DNA from: Candidatus Hydrogenedentota bacterium
Lineage (GTDB): Bacteria; Hydrogenedentota; Hydrogenedentia; Hydrogenedentales; GCA-2746185
DNA: 14,869 bases
Reading direction: 5' to 3'
Assembly: GCA_046583315.1 (NCBI GenBank)
Contig: JAYGCN010000042.1
Coordinates: forward strand, 1 to 14,869
The notes beneath the pieces are model-generated. The model saw only the letters and a program-made list of their open reading frames with translations, did not search any database and was not told the DNA's origin. Position 1 is the first letter of the stretch. Each line of letters opens with the position of its first letter. The position numbers and the translations under genes are program-made. Below, one piece after another: positions 9,807 through 14,869 of this stretch.

Positions 9807-10164
9807 GAATAGCGCGCGCCACATTGTTTTCCTGGAAATGAATATTCCCCATCCCCGATGGTACTATCCCCGTACAGTACCATCAGCCATTGACACTGCG
9901 GAACACACATGATCAAACGAATCCTCAAATGGACATTCCGATTCGCCGTAGTCGCCCTGCTCATCCTGATTGCGATCACCACAAACTCCTGGTACGGATA
10001 CCGACAAGCCCAAGCCGACTTCCGTGCACTGGGATACCCCACTACGATGGAAGAACTTCGCGCATGGGACGCTGTGGACGATCCAGCCGAGAATGCCGCA
10101 ATCCCTATTCAAGAAGCAATGAACAAAATGACGTGGGAATTCCCCGAAGACCTACAACTCCCGG

Positions 10165-10210
10165 TTTCCAGCGACTGTTGTTGGCGTTTTCCAGCGACTG
10201 TTGTTGGCGT
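10165..10210 (+). repeat. Perfect 23-nt tandem duplication
   Basis: TTTCCAGCGACTGTTGTTGGCGT at 10165-10187 and 10188-10210. Confidence 0.97.
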
Positions 10211-10760
10211 AATGACTACTACGGCACCTACCCACCCGAAATCCTCGCTGACATCAAAATCATGCTTGATGCCAATCAGGAAAGTCTTCGAATCCTCCAC
10301 GACTCGCGGCACCTTGAGAAGTATCGCCCCAAAGTCACAAACGGCTATATCGATTTCGACCGCTATAGGGTTCATTCAAGCTACCGGGAAACTGCGCGAT
10401 ATTTGACTGAAGAAGCCCATTATTACGCTGGAGTTGGGCAGATGGATGAAGCCATCGACTCCATCGAAACCACTTTGTGGTTAAGTAAAATGATTTCACA
10501 ATATCCAGAGATAATCAGCGCGCTCGTCGCTGAAGCGATTCGTGGTATCGGCTTCGGAACCACACGAGAAATGATCAAAAGATATGAAGTTACCGATCTC
10601 CAGTTGCAACGACTACTCGATATCAACGAACCGTCGCTTGTAAATTTATACTTTCAACGAAACGTGCTCGGAGACTACGTGATGACGGGAGATTACTTTT
10701 CCTTGGGAAAGAAACTTATTCTGCTCACGGACGAGTTGAGCACAGATTCGTTTTTCAAAA

Positions 10761-10787
10761 TTGTCCTGAACGTTGTCCTGAACGTTG
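10761..10787 (+). repeat. In-frame 12-nt tandem duplication
   Basis: TTGTCCTGAACG x2 plus TTG; encodes ...IVLNVVLNV... Confidence 0.9.
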
Positions 10788-11300
10788 AAACCTATAAATT
10801 TGTATTTACTCCGTTAACTACAACCTACGTTTCCAATCAACAATTTCATGCGGAAGGAACTCAGCAATATCTCACCTTCATAGAATCAGAATTCTTCTCA
10901 TCAGCTGAAGAGGGGACCCTTATCTCGGGCGAGCCTCCGTTTCCACCAAATCATGAATTTTCCGTTCGCGAGTCAATCGACAGCCTTAGAAAAATGAAAT
11001 CTTTCCCCTTCCAGCACCGTGCTCGTACCACCGTCCTTCGCGCTGGCCTCCAGATCGAACAATACCGCCGCAGGCACGGCGCGCTACCTGAATCTCTGGA
11101 CGACCTTGTCCCGGAATTCACCAAGTCGATTCCCATGGACGCGATGACCGGCGAAGCACTCCACTATACCATCACCGACGACGGTTACGAAGTCTACTCC
11201 CTCGGCCAGAATCTGGAAGACGATCACGGCTCCCTGGACGAGGAAGGCGATCCAATACACGAACACGTCGAATTCCAGCGCGTACTCAACTAAAGTACTT

Positions 11301-11382
11301 CTCTCCGCGTCTCTGCGCCTCTGCGTGAAGAATTCGCTGTTTTCTGTTTCGTAATCTGCGTTCATCGGCGTAATCTGCGGAT
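11301..11382 (-). repeat. Right modular short-period repeat cassette (inverted relative to the left one)
   Basis: Minus strand: ATCCGCAGATTACGCCGATGAACGCAGATT (11382-11353), linker ACGAAACAGAAAACAGC (11352-11336), then ACGCAGAG-GCGCAGAG-ACGCGGAG (11326-11303). Confidence 0.8.
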
Positions 11383-11457
11383 AAGAAGGCGGTTCGCGGT
11401 TTGTTTCTGCAGATGCCTCCCGAATAGTCCCGATTCTGGTTTTAATCGGGTCCACCG

Positions 11458-11466
11458 TGCTATCAT
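11458..11466 (+). promoter_or_regulatory. Putative extended -10 element (TGcTATCAT) for the lipoprotein-TPR pair
   Basis: Motif about 48 nt upstream of ATG 11514; a short IR CCCGATT/AATCGGG (11429-11450) lies just upstream. Confidence 0.35.
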
Positions 11467-11513
11467 AGGCCCGTTTTAAGGTGCGAAACAGGTCCGTTTG
11501 GGAGAAAAACGTC

Positions 11514-12008
11514 ATGATACGAGCTATTGCCAGTATGCTTTTGCTCACGGTTACGCTGTGCGCGTGCCAGACGGGTCCGTTTTCCCGCAATACTTCGGAT
11601 GAGGAGTTGGCCAACGAGTTACTCCAGACCGATGGCGGTGCGGCTACTGCACCGCGTCGATTCGATGATGTTCCTGTGCCCAAAGGCGCGAAGGAAGACA
11701 CCGAACGCACCTACACCTTTGAATCGAATTCGCTACAGATTGGTCGCATGGTCTACACGGTGAAAGACTCCCCGAACAACGTGGCCCAGTTTTACATTCG
11801 CGAATGTGCGAACCTGGGCTGGTCGCTGGAAACGGCATTGCAGGCCAACGGCGTGATCCTCGAATTCAACCGCCCCGGAATACGCTTGTGGGTGACTACG
11901 CAACCAACGGGCATCGCGAATCGCAGCACCTTACTCATTCTAAATTATACGCCGGACACAGGTTCAGGCCCTTTATCGAGCAACCCACTTCAAACACCCC
12001 CCTTATAA
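11514..12008 (+). CDS. Lipoprotein of unknown function
   Basis: RBS GGAG; MIRAIASMLLLTVTLCA|C lipobox-like signal; RFDDVPVPKG and FYIRECANLGW segments. Confidence 0.8.
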   Translation: MIRAIASMLLLTVTLCACQTGPFSRNTSDEELANELLQTDGGAATAPRRFDDVPVPKGAKEDTERTYTFESNSLQIGRMVYTVKDSPNNVAQFYIRECANLGWSLETALQANGVILEFNRPGIRLWVTTQPTGIANRSTLLILNYTPDTGSGPLSSNPLQTPPL

Positions 12009-12047
12009 ACCCAAACACGACACGAAAACCGTAAAACGGAGTACCTC

Positions 12048-12743
12048 ATGGCCAGCAGCACCACGCACGACACCGATGCCCCTCTCGAAGGCACGTCGGG
12101 AATCAAATCGATCATTAAAAATGTTCAAGAAAACCCGGGCATGTATATCGCCTCGGTTGTTATTGTACTAGGTGTCTTTATCGGCAGCGCATTGTTTCGA
12201 TTGAACACCGACCTCGAGGCGCAGGAGCAAGCGTCCGTTTATGCCGAGGCGATGGACGTCGACGATCCGACGGAACGCATCGCGGCATTGGGTGTTGTAG
12301 CGGACAGCGGCTCGAAGTATGCAGCCGAAGCGCGTTACCTGCAAGGTTTCACGGCGATGGACGCTGAAGATTATGCCACGGCGGAGATCGCGTTTACCGA
12401 TCTGCGCGAAAATAACGCCGACTTTGAATTTACGCCGGACGCCCTAGAAGGCCTGGGCACTATTCGCGAAATCGAAGGTGACTACGCCGGTGCCGTCTCG
12501 GTCTACACAGAAATCATGACGACGTGGCCGGATTCATTCGCCGCGCGTCGCCAGCCCTTCAACATCGGCCAATGCCACGAAAAAAATGGGGCCGTTGGCG
12601 AGGCCGTCAAAGCCTATCAAGAACAACTCGCGAAATTCCCCGGTTCGTACGTGGCACAACGTGCGGAGGTTGAACTCAATCGTCTTCAGGCGGAAGATCC
12701 GGGCCTCGATACTGAATCCGATCTGTTGACCGTGGTCGAATAA
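12048..12743 (+). CDS. Membrane-anchored tetratricopeptide repeat protein (YfgM-like architecture)
   Basis: One N-terminal TM segment, then TPR-like helices (ARYLQG...AEIAF, DALEGLG...AVSVY, FNIGQCHE...AVKAYQE...FPGS); RBS GGAG. Confidence 0.85.
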   Translation: MASSTTHDTDAPLEGTSGIKSIIKNVQENPGMYIASVVIVLGVFIGSALFRLNTDLEAQEQASVYAEAMDVDDPTERIAALGVVADSGSKYAAEARYLQGFTAMDAEDYATAEIAFTDLRENNADFEFTPDALEGLGTIREIEGDYAGAVSVYTEIMTTWPDSFAARRQPFNIGQCHEKNGAVGEAVKAYQEQLAKFPGSYVAQRAEVELNRLQAEDPGLDTESDLLTVVE

Positions 12744-12756
12744 CACGACCGCGTAG

Positions 12757-12912
12757 TTACAACTCCCGATCGTCATCTTCGGTCAAGTCTTCGAGCACGT
12801 CGTCCACCTCGAAATGACCGCGCCAAATCAAGACGGCGTAGGTGAGCGCATAGACGGCGCAGGCCACACCCAGCGAGACCATCAGTTTTCCCGCGAAATC
12901 CAGACCATCCAT
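12757..12912 (-). CDS. Small single-TM protein, 51 aa, acidic tail
   Basis: Hand translation MDGLDFAGKLMVSLGVACAVYALTYAVLIWRGHFEVDDVLEDLTEDDDREL*; RBS AAAGGGGA about 8 nt upstream. Confidence 0.65.
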   Translation of the reverse strand: MDGLDFAGKLMVSLGVACAVYALTYAVLIWRGHFEVDDVLEDLTEDDDREL

Positions 12913-12933
12913 CGAGCAATTCCCCTTTCGCGA

Positions 12934-13104
12934 TTAAGAACGTGGCGGTTCGGGATCGTTGGCGTCCAACCCCATCTCACGATGCAATGCGTCGTAGCGT
13001 TCCTGTTTGCGGCGATGCAACACCATTTCAGCCACGACGGTGATGCCCCCCGATACGACAGTCAGCAGCCCAATTGCAATCGTCCACACTATCCATTCAC
13101 GCAT
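12934..13104 (-). CDS. Small single-TM protein, 56 aa
   Basis: Hand translation MREWIVWTIAIGLLTVVSGGITVVAEMVLHRRKQERYDALHREMGLDANDPEPPRS*; RBS AAGGGGG overlapping the rng stop; ATG 12 nt after rng. Confidence 0.68.
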   Translation of the reverse strand: MREWIVWTIAIGLLTVVSGGITVVAEMVLHRRKQERYDALHREMGLDANDPEPPRS

Positions 13105-13116
13105 GCTTCACCCCCT

Positions 13117-14646
13117 TTAAGCAAGAGATGCGATTTCATTCCGTGTTCGCGCGCTAATCACCTTCGTATCGTGCACGTGGAAATCAGAAACCGACTCCAC
13201 CGCAATCTCGCGCTCGAAACGTTCGGCAAGATCGTCCAATAAGTTTTTGTTTTCGAATCGAAGTCGTCGCGCCACATCGGGATGTACCTGCAAGATCACA
13301 CGTTTCTCTTTCGATTTACAGAATAATTTTTGGAGCCTGCGCAACGTATCAAAGGTCATCGTCGTTACCGATCGCACGACGCCGCTGCCCTCGCAATAGG
13401 GGCACGGTTGGGACAGCGCACTCACGAGATTGTGTTTCACCCGTTTGCGCGTCATCTCGATCATGCCCAGCTCGCCAACATCGGAGACCGTAATGTTGGC
13501 GTTGTCCATACTGACCGCGTCCTGGCATCGTTCCAGCAACTTCTTGCGGTGGGAGTGATACTCCATATCGATAAAGTCGACCACGATAATACCACCCAAA
13601 TCGCGAAGCCTCATCTGGCGCGCAATCTCGTCAGCCGCTTCCAGGTTCGTCTTGTACACGGTGTCCTCAAGATTCTTGCGCCCAGTAAACTTGCCGGTAT
13701 TCACGTCGATGGCAATCAACGCCTCGGTCTGGTCAATGCAGATGTGCCCCCCGCTCTTCAGGAACACTTTACGGTCCAATGCGCTTTCGATTTCGTTTTC
13801 GATCCCGAGTTTGTCGAAGATTGGACGTTTCGCCGTGTACAAGCGACAACGTTCTTTTAGGTGAGGTGCGAAAATATCAAGGAAATCGACAATCTGGTTG
13901 TATTGGGCCTCGTCATCAATGGTCAATCGGTCGATATCATCGGTAAAAGTATCGCGCACCTTCTTGAGAATCGGGTTAAACTCTTCCCGAAGCAATACCG
14001 TATTCTTGGCACGCTCCATTTTGCGTTTCGTCTTGTCCCACAACTTATTCAGGTAGCGCAAATCGGCGATGATTTCGTCTTTGGGTTTACCCTCACCCGC
14101 CGTGCGAATGATAAGGCCGTATTTCTTGTTGCGTCGGAATGAGCGGAGTGTACTTTTCAATCGGTCCCGCTCTTTGGGAGATGAAATTTTACGTGACACG
14201 CCAATTTGGGTCACAGTCGGCATCAATACCACGTAGCGCCCCGGGAGCGTCACGAAATTGGTCAGCCGTACGCCTTTGCTGCCCAGCGTGTCTTTCTGCA
14301 CCTGCACCATGATCGACTGACCCTTTTTGAGAATCTTCTCAATGGGCTGGCGACTCGTCTTGCGCGTTCGACGTTTGGGTTTGGCGGACGAATCTTCGGC
14401 ATCGAAGTCACCGGTTCCCTCGACACCGGCGATATCGCCTACGTAGAGAAAGCCGTTTCGTTCAAGTCCAATATCGATGAATGCGGCCTGGATGCCCGGC
14501 ACGACAGAATCGACGCGGCCCTTATAGACATTCCCTACGACGCTTCGTTGTTCTTCGCGCTCGATGGTGAGTTCTGCGAGACGTTTGTCCTCGAGCAACG
14601 CGATGCGGGTCTCGAGTGGATTTACGTTAATTACATATTCTTTCAT
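13117..14646 (-). CDS. rng: Rne/Rng family ribonuclease (RNase G-like)
   Basis: VGNVYKGRV...PGIQAAFIDIG S1 domain, LPGRYVVLMP, IIRTAGEG, LKSGGHICIDQTEAL.AIDVNTG, DLGGIIVVDFIDM, CPYCEGSG Zn-link. 509 aa with no long RNase E C-terminal scaffold. Confidence 0.95.
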   Translation of the reverse strand: MKEYVINVNPLETRIALLEDKRLAELTIEREEQRSVVGNVYKGRVDSVVPGIQAAFIDIGLERNGFLYVGDIAGVEGTGDFDAEDSSAKPKRRTRKTSRQPIEKILKKGQSIMVQVQKDTLGSKGVRLTNFVTLPGRYVVLMPTVTQIGVSRKISSPKERDRLKSTLRSFRRNKKYGLIIRTAGEGKPKDEIIADLRYLNKLWDKTKRKMERAKNTVLLREEFNPILKKVRDTFTDDIDRLTIDDEAQYNQIVDFLDIFAPHLKERCRLYTAKRPIFDKLGIENEIESALDRKVFLKSGGHICIDQTEALIAIDVNTGKFTGRKNLEDTVYKTNLEAADEIARQMRLRDLGGIIVVDFIDMEYHSHRKKLLERCQDAVSMDNANITVSDVGELGMIEMTRKRVKHNLVSALSQPCPYCEGSGVVRSVTTMTFDTLRRLQKLFCKSKEKRVILQVHPDVARRLRFENKNLLDDLAERFEREIAVESVSDFHVHDTKVISARTRNEIASLA

Positions 14647-14672
14647 TTGGATAGTATACCTTTATGATGACC

Positions 14673-14869
14673 TTAGCGGTCAAAGAACCCTTGTCGGGCG
14701 TGAATGCTGAGCAGTACACCGACACACAACATTGTGGTCAGATAAAATGATCGTCCCCAGCTTAAAAATGGTAAGGGCATTCCTGTAACAGGAGCGATGC
14801 CCAATGTGATGGCAATATTCACGAACACGTGAAATGCCAGGAGTGTGACGATTCCCACGGCCAGAAGTG
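14673..14869 (-). CDS. rodA: RodA/FtsW (SEDS family) C-terminal end, partial
   Basis: HVFVNIAITLGIAPVTGMPLPFLSWG.S motif; position directly upstream of rng fits the common mre-mrd-rng arrangement. Confidence 0.85.
   Translation of the reverse strand, partial: LLAVGIVTLLAFHVFVNIAITLGIAPVTGMPLPFLSWGRSFYLTTMLCVGVLLSIHARQGFFDR

Larger units (their letters stand above)
9909..11293 (+). pseudogene. Frameshifted membrane-anchored protein gene with a GspG/pilin-like C-terminal motif (453 aa if one repeat copy is removed)
   Basis: The N-terminal frame (MIKRILKWTFRFAVVALLILIAI..., TM anchor) joins the C-terminal frame (...IEQYRRRHGALPESLDDLVPEF...PMDAMTGEALHY...VYSLGQNLEDDHG) exactly if one copy of the 23-nt duplication at 10165-10210 is deleted. 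Confidence 0.8.

Noticed and set aside
9890..10187. N-terminus of the 467-aa ORF starting at TTG 9890
   Set aside because: This stretch is an off-frame reading; the credible N-terminus with a TM anchor starts at ATG 9909.
11084..11710. 208-aa minus-strand ORF crossing the right repeat cassette
   Set aside because: Antisense to two better-supported genes; its middle (PQITPMNAD, TQRRRDAE) is simply translated repeat.
12814..13242. 142-aa plus-strand ORF
   Set aside because: Overlaps rng antisense and has no recognisable features; two RBS-supported minus-strand small ORFs explain the region better.

Overview
Bacterial chromosomal window of mostly housekeeping and envelope genes. The CFI-box-CTERM protein, the GspG-like-tail membrane protein and the short periodic repeats suggest Candidatus Hydrogenedentes or a PVC-like lineage (inference only). 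In order: 5' part of thiC (-, no visible TPP riboswitch); a secreted 7-repeat propeller-like protein with a CFI-box-CTERM tail (+); a minus-strand run of PqaA-family hydrolase, hemG/hemY, a stand-alone DsbD N-terminal domain protein and an exported AhpC/TSA-like protein; a ThDP enzyme and a GNAT (+); a frameshifted membrane protein gene; a lipoprotein and a TPR protein (+); and rodA (partial) and rng (-). Main finds: (1) the AhpC/TSA-like gene is split in the ORF track by an in-frame TGA at the first CxxC position (W-U-P-Y-C), followed by a SECIS-like hairpin, so it is probably a selenoprotein. (2) The membrane protein gene is broken by a perfect 23-nt tandem duplication and bracketed by inverted modular short-period repeat cassettes. 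(3) Two small single-TM ORFs missing from the ORF track follow rng.
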